DNA of 29,026 nucleotides. Origin: a bacterium. Lineage in GTDB: Bacteria > Hydrothermota > Tepidihabitantia > Tepidihabitantales > Tepidihabitantaceae. The translations under genes were made by a program, and so were the position numbers. The notes below the pieces were generated by a model. The model was not told the origin of the DNA, searched no databases, and saw nothing but the letters and a program-made list of their open reading frames with translations. The DNA is taken from contig JAWOHE010000041.1 in assembly GCA_046485285.1 (NCBI GenBank), positions 1-29,026 on the forward strand, read 5' to 3'. Of the stretch, positions 7,586 through 16,151 are shown piece by piece. Position 1 is the stretch's first letter; each line of letters starts with the position of its first letter.

Positions 7586-8755
7586 CTAGTGGTGAAACAG
7601 CCGAACCCCGGTGAAGACCATCACCATCTCGTACTCGTCCGCCGCGCGGATGACGTCCTCGTCGCGGGTCGAGCCGCCGGTCTGGATCACGAAGCCGACG
7701 CCCGACCGCGCCGCGCGGTCGATGTTGTCCCGGAACGGGATGAACGCGTCCGACCCGAGCGCCGCGCCCCGGTACCGGTCGAGCCACTCCCGCTTCTCCT
7801 CCGCGCCCAGCCGGGCCGGCGCCGCGTCGAACAACTCCCGCCACGCCGCGAGCTCGGCCCCGGTCGCGTCGTCCTCGAGGAAAAGGTCGACCGCGGTCGC
7901 CCGGTCCGCCCGGCCGACGCCGCGCCGGAACCGGAGCCCGCGCACCCGCGGGTGCAGGCGCAGCAACCACCGGTCCGCCTTCGCGCAGGCGATCCTGGTG
8001 CAGTGAATCCGCGACTGCTGGCCCGCGCCGACGCCGATGACCTGCCCGTCGTACGCAACGCACACCGAGTTCGACTGGGTGTACTTCAGCACCGCCGCGG
8101 CGACCAGCAGGTCGCGTTGCGCCGCCGCGGTCAGCTCCCGGTTCCGCGTCACCACCCGCTCGAACAGGCCCGCGCCGAGCGCCGCGTCGTTCCGCCGCTG
8201 TTCGAGGCTCACCCCGAACACCTGCCGCGTCTCGAGCTCGGGCGGCCGGAACCCCGGGTCCATCTCCAGCACCGGGTAGCCGCCGCCCTTCTTCTCCTCA
8301 AGCAGCTCCACCGCGCCCGGCTCGAACCCGGGCGCGACACAACCGTCGGAAACCTCGCGCCTGAGCAGCCGCGCGGTCGCGCGGTCCACCGGCCGGCTGA
8401 ACGCCGCCCAGTCCCCGAACGACGACATCCGGTCCGCGCCCCGGGCCCGGACGTAGGCGCAGGCGAGTGGCGACAGCCCCTCCGGGTCGGTCGCGCACGA
8501 CTCGGCCAGCTCCGCCGACAGCGGCAGGCCGACCGCCGCGCCCGCCGGGCTCACGTGCTTGAACGACGCCGCGGCCGGCAGGCCGGTCAGCGCGTCGAGC
8601 TCCCGGACGAGCTGCCACGAATTCAGCGCATCAAGCAGGTTCACGTACCCGGGCCGGCCGTTCAGCACCCGGAACGGCAGGCGGCCCGGGTCGACGAACG
8701 CCCGGGCCGGCACCTGGTGCGGATTCAGTCCGTAGCGCAGGCTGAGCTCATCCAT
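7586..8755 (-). CDS. purH: AICAR transformylase (PurH transformylase domain only)
   Basis: LRYGLNPHQ, YVNLLDALN, SFKHVSPAGAA, ADRMSSFGD, KYTQSNSV, GAGQQSRIHCT, SDAFIPFRDN, TGVRLFHH; no N-terminal IMP cyclohydrolase domain. Confidence 0.93.
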   Translation of the reverse strand: MDELSLRYGLNPHQVPARAFVDPGRLPFRVLNGRPGYVNLLDALNSWQLVRELDALTGLPAAASFKHVSPAGAAVGLPLSAELAESCATDPEGLSPLACAYVRARGADRMSSFGDWAAFSRPVDRATARLLRREVSDGCVAPGFEPGAVELLEEKKGGGYPVLEMDPGFRPPELETRQVFGVSLEQRRNDAALGAGLFERVVTRNRELTAAAQRDLLVAAAVLKYTQSNSVCVAYDGQVIGVGAGQQSRIHCTRIACAKADRWLLRLHPRVRGLRFRRGVGRADRATAVDLFLEDDATGAELAAWRELFDAAPARLGAEEKREWLDRYRGAALGSDAFIPFRDNIDRAARSGVGFVIQTGGSTRDEDVIRAADEYEMVMVFTGVRLFHH

Positions 8756-8761
8756 CACGTC

Positions 8762-8789
8762 AAACTAGCCGACCACGCCCCGAAGTCAA
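8762..8789 (-). promoter_or_regulatory. sigma70-like leaderless promoter of purH
   Basis: TTGACT-N16-TAGTTT-N6-ATG(8755). Confidence 0.65.
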
Positions 8790-8806
8790 GCCCAGTCCCC
8801 CGCCCG

Positions 8807-8835
8807 GTCATTTCGACCAACGTGGAGAAATCCCT
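8807..8835 (+). repeat. REP-like element, copy 1
   Basis: GTCATTTCGACCAACGTGGAGAAATCCCT; both ends match 26265-26303. Confidence 0.65.
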
Positions 8836-8847
8836 CTCGCTGCCCGG

Positions 8848-8990
8848 CCCTCTTCCTCATTCTGCAATCTGCAATCTGTCTTCCGCCTTCTCGCTTCCCT
8901 CCTCACCCTTCCCTTTGCCTTCCTGCCCTTCCATCTTCTCCCTTCGTCTCAACCTCGACCTCAACCTTGACCTGTCCGTGTCTGCCTCCC
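8848..8990. repeat. pyrimidine-rich low-complexity tract with short tandem repeats
   Basis: TCTGCAA TCTGCAA TCTG (8861-8878) and CTCAAC CTCGAC CTCAAC CTTGAC CTG (8948-8974). Confidence 0.7.
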
Positions 8991-9141
8991 CGATCTGCCG
9001 AAACCGAATTACGTTTGCGCCAAAATCGCCGTTTCCTCGCCCGCGCGGCCAACCGCCTCCGTCATCTCCGAATTTCCTCGCCGGCCCCCTTTTCGGGCAG
9101 CCAAACGTAAGTCACGCACCGGCCGAGCCTTGACGGCAGGG

Positions 9142-9213
9142 GGGGATATCCCCGGGGATATCCCCGGGGATGGTCCCGGGGACCGCTCCGGGGATGCGGT
9201 GGGGGATAGGGGT
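9142..9213. repeat. six tandem 12 bp GGGGA-N7 units
   Basis: GGGGATATCCCC x2, GGGGATGGTCCC, GGGGACCGCTCC, GGGGATGCGGTG, GGGGATAGGGGT. Confidence 0.85.
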
Positions 9214-9299
9214 GCCGGAGCCGGACCGCGCTGGCCAAGCAGCGCAGGAGGAGGGGTTACGCAGTTAGCCGTCAGTTGCGAACCAGCAACAAGGACGAG

Positions 9300-9422
9300 T
9301 TACCGGCACACCTCCTGGAGCAGCTCGAGCATTTCGCCCAGGTCCAACTCTACCAGCACCCGCGCACCCGCCGACCGGACCCTTCGACTTGCGGCCGACG
9401 ACCATCTGCTGCACCTCCTCAC
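9300..9422 (-). CDS. candidate 40 aa small protein
   Basis: AAAGGAGA-N5-GTG; MRRCSRWSSAASRRVRSAGARVLVELDLGEMLELLQEVCR*; extended -10 TGgTATCAT at 9458-9450. Confidence 0.4.
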   Translation of the reverse strand: MRRCSRWSSAASRRVRSAGARVLVELDLGEMLELLQEVCR

Positions 9423-9584
9423 GCGGTTCTCCTTTCGTTGTTAACCCAGATGATACCATCCGGGCAGTGAAACCGCTCTCCCTGATTCCAGCTAAGACCG
9501 GGACATCCTCGGAGCAGGTGCATCGAGGAAGGCTGAAGGGCGGACCGGACCGGTCGACCGGCACCACCCCCGGTGGCGCCGGGT

Positions 9585-9612
9585 TTGACCGCCGCGCCGC
9601 GGCCGGTAACCT
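9585..9612 (+). promoter_or_regulatory. sigma70-like promoter
   Basis: TTGACC-N16-TAACCT, followed by AGGAG RBS and GTG 9642. Confidence 0.65.
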
Positions 9613-9641
9613 CTACTGCCATTGCGAACCAGGAGAATCCC

Positions 9642-10214
9642 GTGAAGACCGTGCTCTTCCTCGAAGGCAGTCCCCGCCCGGCCGGGAACACCGCGCTCGT
9701 GACCGACTGGGTCGTCGCCGGCCTCGGCCGGCGCGGGGTCCGGGTCGAGCGCGTCCGGCTCGCGGACCTCGACGTCGGCAACTGCCGGGCCTGCTTCACC
9801 TGCTCGTCCCGGCGCGACGCGCCGGGCTGCTGCCAGGATGACGATATGGTCGGGGTCTATGACAGGGTCGTCGCGGCCGACCTCGTCGTCTTCACCAGCC
9901 CGGTCTACTGCTGGGGCATCACCGGCCGCGCCAAGACCGTCCTCGACCGCTTCTTCGCCCTGCTCTCCGGCGAGAACCTGCTCCGGGGCAAGTCGCTCGC
10001 CGTCGTCGTCACCGCCGGCGGCGACGCTTTCGACGGCGCCGACCTCGTCGTCGCGATGTTCCGCAATCTCTGCCGCTACGCCGGGATGGAGTACGCCGGC
10101 CAGTACGTCGCCGCGCCCTGCCCGGACCGCCCGGCGCTCGCCCGCAACGCCCGGGTCCGCGCCGACGCCCGCGGCTTCGGCGCCGGACTGCGCAGGAGCC
10201 TTCTCTCCCGGTGA
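9642..10214 (+). CDS. flavodoxin-like iron-sulfur flavoprotein / NADPH-dependent FMN reductase family
   Basis: GSPRPAGNT, CRACFTC..GCC.DDDM, FTSPVYCW, K.VLDRF; AGGAG RBS. Confidence 0.9.
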   Translation: MKTVLFLEGSPRPAGNTALVTDWVVAGLGRRGVRVERVRLADLDVGNCRACFTCSSRRDAPGCCQDDDMVGVYDRVVAADLVVFTSPVYCWGITGRAKTVLDRFFALLSGENLLRGKSLAVVVTAGGDAFDGADLVVAMFRNLCRYAGMEYAGQYVAAPCPDRPALARNARVRADARGFGAGLRRSLLSR

Positions 10215-12481
10215 GCCGCCGGCGCGCGGCGCTCGCCGCGCTGTTGGTCATCGTCGCCGGCGTCGCGTCCGCCCGGACCGGCTCGGTCAGCGGCTTCGTC
10301 CGCGAGGCCGCCTCGGGCGAGCCACTCCCCTACGCCAACGTCTACCTCGAGGGCACGACCCTCGGCACCGCGTCCGGCGACCGCGGCTACTACTTCATCG
10401 GCGGCGTGCCCGAGGGCGAGCACGAGCTCGTCGCCTCCTACGTCGGCTACGCGGTGACCCGGCGCCGGGTCACCGTCGGCCCGGGCGCGGCGGTCAAGGT
10501 CGACCTCGAACTCGGCCGGGGCGCGGTGTCGGTCGACGAGGTCGTCGTCAGCGCCGAGCGGTCGCGCTTCGAGCGCGAGGTCGAGGTCTCGGCAACCCGG
10601 CTCGAAACCCGCCAGCTCCAGCTGATGCCCAAGGTCGGCGGCGAGCTCGACCTGCTCCGCACGGTCCAGCTCCTGCCCGGCGTCATCACGACCTCGGACT
10701 TCTCGAACCGGCTCTACATCCGGGGCGGCAGCCCGGACCAGAACCTCATCCTGCTCGACGGCATCACCGTCTACAACCCGTCGCACCTGTTCGGGCTGTT
10801 CTCGCCGTTCATCCCCGAGGCGGTCGCGGACGTGACCCTGCTCGCGGGCGGGTTCCCGGCCGAGTACGGCGGCCGGATCAGCTCGGTGCTCGACGTCACG
10901 ACCCGCGAGGGCAACTCGAAGGCGTACGCCGGCGAGGGCTCGGTCTCGTTCATCGCCGCCAAGGCGATTGCCGAGGGCCCTTTGCCGGGCGGCTCGTTCC
11001 TCGCCGCCGCCCGGCGCACCTACCTGCCCGACGTCCTCCTCGGCGCCTTCGGCGTCGAGGGCGTCGGCTACCATTTCTACGACCTCATCGGCAAGGGCAA
11101 CTACGCTCTCAACCCGGACGTCCGCCTGACCGTCTCCGCCCTGCTCGCCGAGGACGTTCTCAACTTCAGCGACCCGGCCAACCCCGACGACCTGTCCGCC
11201 CGGCTGGCCTGGGGCAACCGCGGCGTCTCGCTCCGCTCGAACCTGATTCTCAACCCGACGCTCTACGGCGAGTTGCTGGGCGCCTGGAGCAATCTCTACT
11301 CGGTCTTCGACGTCCGCCTCGGCGGCGACACCGCCAAGCTCACCACCGACCTGACCGACGGCATCCTCAAGGCCGACTTCACCTGGTATCTCGCCGACCG
11401 CCACACCCTCGACTTCGGGGCCGAGAGCCAGTACCTGAGGATGAACAACCGCGCCGACTTCGACACCTTCCGTTTCCGGCTCGCGAACGACGTCTGGCCG
11501 CTCGACGTCTATGCCAGCGACCGCTGGGAGGTCGTCCCGGCGAAGCTCTTCGTCAAGCCCGGCCTGCGCTATGCCTGGTATTCGAGCGGCAACAAGCACG
11601 AGCTCGAGCCGCGCTTCGGCGTCAAGTACCTGCCGGCCGAGAACACCGCCCTGTCCGCGTCGTTCGGCCGCTTCAGCCAGCCGCTCGTCACCCTGAACTC
11701 GACCGACGCGGTCTTCTCGGTCTACGACGTCTGGCAGGTCGTCCCCGCGCACCGGCGCTCGCCGTCCGCGCTCCACTACATCGCCGGCGTCGAGCACTGG
11801 CTCGCGCCCGAGCTGACCGTCAAGCTCGAGGGCTACTACAAGGACTACGCCGACCTGCTCGAGACCCGCTACGGCGCTTTCTTCACGCCGGCCGACTCGC
11901 TGCTCCCGGCCGACGGCTACTCCTGCGGCGCCGACCTGCTCCTGCGCCGGGCCGCGCCCGCGAGCCCGGCCGGGACCTTGTCCCGGGTCAACGGCTGGGT
12001 CAGCTACTCCTGGATGTGGACCCGGCGCAACATCGGCGCGGAGGCCTACTTCCCGCACTATGACCGGCGCCACAACCTCAACCTCGTCCTGAGCCTGCCG
12101 GCGCTGTTCTGGCAGACCGACGTCTCGGCCCGGTTCACGATCGGCACCGGCCTGCCCTACTCCGGCGCGGTCGGCTTCTTCCACCGCTACCAGTACGACC
12201 CGGCCGGCCCGGAGTGGCCCGGCGAGCCGGGCTGGGAGCTCATCAACGGCCCGCGCGACGCCTTCCGCTACCCGCTCTACCACCGGCTCGACGTCGGCCT
12301 GACCCGCGCCTGGCGCCTGCGCCGGGCCGAGCTCTCGGTCTTCCTCGACGTCGTCAACGCCTACTACGCGAAGAACGTCCTGCTCTACTACTGGGGAATC
12401 CGCGAGGACGAGCTCCCGGTGCGCCGGCAGATCGACATGCTGCCGATCCTGCCGACCGTCGGTGTCAAGGTGAGGTTCTGA
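10211..12481 (+). CDS. TonB-dependent receptor with N-terminal carboxypeptidase-regulatory-like domain
   Basis: Signal peptide; GFVREAASGEPLPYANV; plug LLPGV..LYIRGGSPDQNLILLDG; GGFPAEYGGRISSVLDV; YHRLDV; C-terminal Phe. Confidence 0.93.
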   Translation: MSRRRAALAALLVIVAGVASARTGSVSGFVREAASGEPLPYANVYLEGTTLGTASGDRGYYFIGGVPEGEHELVASYVGYAVTRRRVTVGPGAAVKVDLELGRGAVSVDEVVVSAERSRFEREVEVSATRLETRQLQLMPKVGGELDLLRTVQLLPGVITTSDFSNRLYIRGGSPDQNLILLDGITVYNPSHLFGLFSPFIPEAVADVTLLAGGFPAEYGGRISSVLDVTTREGNSKAYAGEGSVSFIAAKAIAEGPLPGGSFLAAARRTYLPDVLLGAFGVEGVGYHFYDLIGKGNYALNPDVRLTVSALLAEDVLNFSDPANPDDLSARLAWGNRGVSLRSNLILNPTLYGELLGAWSNLYSVFDVRLGGDTAKLTTDLTDGILKADFTWYLADRHTLDFGAESQYLRMNNRADFDTFRFRLANDVWPLDVYASDRWEVVPAKLFVKPGLRYAWYSSGNKHELEPRFGVKYLPAENTALSASFGRFSQPLVTLNSTDAVFSVYDVWQVVPAHRRSPSALHYIAGVEHWLAPELTVKLEGYYKDYADLLETRYGAFFTPADSLLPADGYSCGADLLLRRAAPASPAGTLSRVNGWVSYSWMWTRRNIGAEAYFPHYDRRHNLNLVLSLPALFWQTDVSARFTIGTGLPYSGAVGFFHRYQYDPAGPEWPGEPGWELINGPRDAFRYPLYHRLDVGLTRAWRLRRAELSVFLDVVNAYYAKNVLLYYWGIREDELPVRRQIDMLPILPTVGVKVRF

Positions 12482-13365
12482 TGCGCCGGCTGTCGCCTTC
12501 CCGCCTCCTGCCCCTGCTCGTCATCGTCGTCGCCGCCTGCGAGCTCGTCCCGCCGGGCGGTTACGAGCCGGTTCTCAACGTCCAGGGCTTCCTCCCCGCC
12601 GGCGACTCCCGGCTCCTGCTCGTCCACGTCAACCGGACCTGGGCCATCGACGAGGCCCCGTCCGCCGAGTTCCCGGGCGCGTCGGTTACCGTCCGGCGCG
12701 GCGGCGACACCATCCGGCTTGGCCACCTCACCCGCGACCAGTACTGGTCCGACCGGCCGGTCGCGGTCCGGTCCGGCGACGTCTTCGAGCTCGCCGTCGC
12801 CCACCCGGGCTTCGACACCGTCCGCGGCCGGACGACCGTGCCCGACACCTTCAGCATCACCGCCCCGGCCGCCGGCGACACCGTGACCCCGCGCGACTCG
12901 CTGACCTGGACCCCGAGCCCGTCCAGCCGCGGCTACTACGTTTCGCTCCGGGCCGCCTGGACCGACACGCTCGGCTTCGGCTTCCTCTACCCCAACGACA
13001 CCCTGCCGCTCAACATCCCGCTCTTCATCCTCAGCCGCGCGCCCTCCGGCCCGTGGCGGCTGACGATCGTCGCGGTCGACTCGAACTACTACGACTGGCT
13101 GCGCCGGGACATCGGCGGGCCGGGCGGTTTCAACACCTCGGATTCGTTCCCGGTCACGGGCGGGGCCGGCGCGTTCGGCTCCGGCGTCGAGCGGGAAATC
13201 GAGTTCTGCCTGCGCTGCGACAGCGCCGGCTACCGCCCGGCGGGCCTGAACTCGAGCAGGATGATATCGTTGCCGCTGCCGGCGAGCCGGCCGTGGCCGG
13301 CGACGTACAACCGGTCGCCCGCGGCCGCGATCGCGACCGGCCGCCCCTCGCCGCCCCGCCGGTAG
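12481..13365 (+). CDS. DUF4249-family lipoprotein
   Basis: TGATG coupling to the receptor gene; lipobox VVAAC; T.VP; VDSNYYDW; VTGGAGAFGS. Confidence 0.8.
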   Translation: MRRLSPSRLLPLLVIVVAACELVPPGGYEPVLNVQGFLPAGDSRLLLVHVNRTWAIDEAPSAEFPGASVTVRRGGDTIRLGHLTRDQYWSDRPVAVRSGDVFELAVAHPGFDTVRGRTTVPDTFSITAPAAGDTVTPRDSLTWTPSPSSRGYYVSLRAAWTDTLGFGFLYPNDTLPLNIPLFILSRAPSGPWRLTIVAVDSNYYDWLRRDIGGPGGFNTSDSFPVTGGAGAFGSGVEREIEFCLRCDSAGYRPAGLNSSRMISLPLPASRPWPATYNRSPAAAIATGRPSPPRR

Positions 13366-14579
13366 CTCCCCGCGAGCCCGCCGTCCGGCCCGTACCTGAG
13401 CACGACCAGCTCCGGCAGTCCGCCCGCGCCGACCGAGGTCCCGCCGACCCAGGCACTGCCGTCCGGCCCGCAGGCGACGCACCAGCCCCGGTCCTCGCCC
13501 GAGGCCGGGCCGTTCCAGCGCCGGGTCCAGAGCGTCTCGCCGTCCGGCGAGTACTTCACGGTCAGGATGTCGACCGAGGTTCCCCGGCCGCCGGCGTCGC
13601 GCCCGGCCCGGGAGCCCGAACTGCCGGTGATGACGAGGTTGCCGGCCTCGTCGAACGCGCCCGCCTGCGCGATGTCGACGCTCCCCGCGCCGTCCCGCGC
13701 GTCCTGCCAGCGGAGGTTGCCGGCCGTGTCGAACGCCGCGGCGAGGTAGTCGAACCCGGTCCCCGCGCGCTGGAGCGCGCCCCAGACCGCCGGCCGGCCG
13801 GACGGGTCGAGCGCGAGCCCGGCCGCGAAGTCACTGCCCGCCGGCCGGCCGGCGATCGTCCGGGCCCAGCGCCGGCGCCCGGCCGGGTCGAAGCTCGCGA
13901 CCAGCGCGTCGGTCCCGCCCTCGGCCGGCGCGGTCCGGCCCGCGATGTAGCTGTTGCCCGCCGCGTCCACCGCGAGCGCGTCGGCCTGGTCGTCCCGGCC
14001 CCGGTCGAGCCGCCCGGTCCAGAGCGTCTCGCCCGACGCCGCACAGCGCGCCAGCACCGCGTCCCAGCCGGTGCCGGCCGGGTCCGGCCGCGGCCGGGCG
14101 CGGCCCGCGAGCCAGAACCCGCCCGGCCCGGCCGCGAGCGCGGTCAACCGGTCCTCGGAATGGTGCGCCGCGCCGCTGTCCTTCGCGCCCGGCGCGAAGT
14201 CGAGCCGTCGGGTCCAGAGCGTCTCGCCGCCCGGCGCGTACCCGGCCCAGTAGAAATCCCAGGTCGCGAGCTCGTCCGCGATCGACCCGCCCGCCGCGAC
14301 CAGCCCGCCCTGCTCGTCGGCAATCACGCACCAGGCCCGGTCCTCCGAGCCGAGCGGCGCGCCGAGCCGGCTCGCCCAGCCGAGCGCGCCCGCGCTGTCG
14401 AACCGGACGACGGTGAACTCGAAGTCGGTCTCGCGGCCGAGGCTGTACCCGGCCAGCGCCGCGCCGCGGTCCGGCGTCACCGCGAGCGCCGCGCAGTAGT
14501 CGTCAAGGCCCTCCGGCCCGTCCCACGCCGCCTCCCGCACCGGTACGAGCGCCAGCGCGAACAGCAGGAAGACAGCCAC
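13230..14579 (-). CDS. exported beta-propeller repeat protein (SBBP-like)
   Basis: Repeated D.A.ALA.D..GN.Y.AG / VKYSPDGETLWT.R units; hydrophobic N-terminus. Confidence 0.8.
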   Translation of the reverse strand: MAVFLLFALALVPVREAAWDGPEGLDDYCAALAVTPDRGAALAGYSLGRETDFEFTVVRFDSAGALGWASRLGAPLGSEDRAWCVIADEQGGLVAAGGSIADELATWDFYWAGYAPGGETLWTRRLDFAPGAKDSGAAHHSEDRLTALAAGPGGFWLAGRARPRPDPAGTGWDAVLARCAASGETLWTGRLDRGRDDQADALAVDAAGNSYIAGRTAPAEGGTDALVASFDPAGRRRWARTIAGRPAGSDFAAGLALDPSGRPAVWGALQRAGTGFDYLAAAFDTAGNLRWQDARDGAGSVDIAQAGAFDEAGNLVITGSSGSRAGRDAGGRGTSVDILTVKYSPDGETLWTRRWNGPASGEDRGWCVACGPDGSAWVGGTSVGAGGLPELVVLRYGPDGGLAGSYRRGGEGRPVAIAAAGDRLYVAGHGRLAGSGNDIILLEFRPAGR

Positions 14580-14591
14580 TCGCCCGCCCGG

Positions 14592-16151
14592 CTAGAACAG
14601 CCCCTGCACCCGGCGCCCGGCCGGGTACTCGACCTCGAACTCGACCTCGGCCTCGAACTTCGCGCCCGACTCGAGCCGCGGCCGCCAGCGGTAGACGCCG
14701 GTGTCCTCGTCCTGCTCAAGCGGGGCGGGCTCGACGCGGAGCACCTTGACCCGGACCTCCTTCTGCCGGGACACCGGCACCTGCTCGAGTACCTCGATCG
14801 TCGCCGCCCGGGGATGGAAGTTCTCGACCTTCAACCGGAAGGCCAGCCGGGCCTTCTCGGTGTTGCTGAACAGCCCGCCCTTCGACTTGAAGCTCCGGAC
14901 CAGCTCGCGCGAGACCTTGACCCGCTCGTCGACCCCGAAGCTGACCTCGGTCGACTCCTGGGCCGCGACCGCGCCGAGCCAGGTCGAGCCGGTGAACTCG
15001 TCGCCGACGTAGGTCCCCGCTTCGCCGGCGAGGAACACGAACCCGGTCGCGTTGACCATCTCGCCCTTGAGGAAGGCCTGGTCGCGCGCGCGGGGCAGGG
15101 TGTAGTAGCTGAACGCGGCCGGCAGGCTCGCCTGGGTCAGCGCCAGCTTCTTGGCCGGCTCGCCGCTCCTGAGGCTGACCCGGCCCGGGATGACGTACTG
15201 GAGCGAGATGCCGGTCTCGACCGGCGCGGCGAAGTCCCCGGCGAACTCCTCGTCCGTGATCTGCCTCTCGAGCGCCATCACTCCGGGCGCGGGCATCGCC
15301 TTGGCCGCGCGGTAGCCGAGCGCCTCGGCCAGCGACAGGTACCACGGCCGGGGCTCGGGCGCGGTCTGCCCGAAGACCGGCTGGGTCGTCGAGAGCACGA
15401 CCTTGACTCGCTCCCAGTCCTCGCCGGTGCGCTGGGACAGCTTCGCGAAGTAAGCGAGCTCGACCGCGCCCCGATCCGGCCGGGCGCGCAGTTCGTACCA
15501 CGGCGCCCAGCTCGCGGTGCCCGGGATGACATAGGAGATCCGCACGTCGTAGCTGCCGGCATCGGCCGAGTAGTCGAAGCGCAGCTCCTTGCGGTTCTCG
15601 TTCGCCGCCCGCGCCGCGTTGTACTCCTCGCGCGCGGCCTTGAGCTTCTCCTCGAGTTCCTTGCGCTCCGGCTCGAGCGCGAGCTGGCGCGCCTTGACCG
15701 CGCCCAGCTCGCCGCCGAGGAAGGACAGCGCGCCGCGCCACGCCTCGGTCGACACCCGGCCCTGCTGGAGCTCCTTGCTGATGAGCTCGGGCGCGCCGAG
15801 CTTGACCGAGTTGAGGAACTCCTCCTTGGCCTTGAGCACGTCGGCCTCGTTGGCGAGGCCCTTGAGCTCCCGTTCCAGCCGCTCGACCAGCTCCTTCAGC
15901 CGCCGGACCGCCGGCGTCGGCTCGGCCTGGTACCCGCGCGCGACCTGGACCTCGCCGAGCCGCATCCCCTGCGCCCGGACCCGGACGGTGTTGTCGTCGA
16001 GCGCGCCGGGCAGGCCGTCGAACTCGAGCCGGCCCGGCCCGGCCACCGTCACCCGCGCGGTTCGGACGACCAAAACCTGGTTCGGGTAAACCACCACCGA
16101 ATCGACCGTCGAGCCGGCGCCGAGCATCAGCGCCACGAGCAATGCCGTCAT
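14592..16151 (-). CDS. DUF4139/DUF4140 (MuiA-like) family protein
   Basis: AGGAGG RBS; VDSVVVYP..V.R, coiled coil, ASWAPWYELR, QRTGEDW..VKVVLST, SFGVDERVKV, EQVPVS; ATGA overlap with the mnmA stop. Confidence 0.88.
   Translation of the reverse strand: MTALLVALMLGAGSTVDSVVVYPNQVLVVRTARVTVAGPGRLEFDGLPGALDDNTVRVRAQGMRLGEVQVARGYQAEPTPAVRRLKELVERLERELKGLANEADVLKAKEEFLNSVKLGAPELISKELQQGRVSTEAWRGALSFLGGELGAVKARQLALEPERKELEEKLKAAREEYNAARAANENRKELRFDYSADAGSYDVRISYVIPGTASWAPWYELRARPDRGAVELAYFAKLSQRTGEDWERVKVVLSTTQPVFGQTAPEPRPWYLSLAEALGYRAAKAMPAPGVMALERQITDEEFAGDFAAPVETGISLQYVIPGRVSLRSGEPAKKLALTQASLPAAFSYYTLPRARDQAFLKGEMVNATGFVFLAGEAGTYVGDEFTGSTWLGAVAAQESTEVSFGVDERVKVSRELVRSFKSKGGLFSNTEKARLAFRLKVENFHPRAATIEVLEQVPVSRQKEVRVKVLRVEPAPLEQDEDTGVYRWRPRLESGAKFEAEVEFEVEYPAGRRVQGLF

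Noticed and set aside
8760..8990. ZTP or purine riboswitch upstream of purH
   Set aside because: The promoter geometry leaves no 5' leader, and I see no recognisable aptamer.
9142..9213. Possible CRISPR array
   Set aside because: Units are 12 bp, contiguous and spacer-free; no cas genes in the window.
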